From NCBI RefSeq assembly GCF_006345805.1, contig NC_043014.1:682001-746000 (forward strand): a stretch of DNA of 64,000 bases, in the 5' to 3' direction. The notes below the pieces were generated by a model that saw only the letters and a list, made by a program, of their open reading frames with translations, ran no database searches and was not told the origin of the DNA. Origin of the DNA: Octopus sinensis. Its lineage: Eukaryota. Positions 63,971 through 64,000 of the stretch are shown piece after piece (position 1 is the first letter of the stretch; every line of letters starts with the position of its first letter). The translations under genes and the position numbers were made by a program.

Positions 63971-64000
63971 GAAATCAAATTCGGTGACTGGCATCCGTTG

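Overview
Eukaryotic, AT-rich, microsatellite- and transposon-saturated genomic DNA. The SINE, RTE and mariner families look like those of octopus (coleoid cephalopod); this is recalled from memory, not searched. Nearly all ORFs in the supplied track are microsatellite or repeat artefacts. Two divergently oriented host genes can be read from splice signals, each starting with a signal-peptide exon and a phase-1 intron. Gene A (minus strand, ATG 41265, MGSIFHGFLRLVEFTFLVYMLMWSFDPVQ) continues through a tentative chain of tiny exons (45, 26, 17, 13 nt and others) over >30 kb. Gene B (plus strand, ATG 54035, MSKSMCIMRVFILLVMMCGFMSQVSCQ) has a 108-nt exon resembling a CDH23/CDHR1-type cadherin EC1 N-terminus, flanked by two candidate 6-nt frame-preserving microexons. 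The repeats include minimal type-I hammerhead-ribozyme folds in Penelope-like termini; one lies in sense in gene A intron 1 inside a 51-bp inverted repeat. Also present: a ~310-bp foldback, twin young SINEs nested in the same site of another SINE, DD37D (maT) and mariner remnants, a Helitron-like element, RTE LINEs with a PHD-like insert, and several motif clusters upstream of gene A. Gene models come from manual splice-site reading and need RNA-seq.
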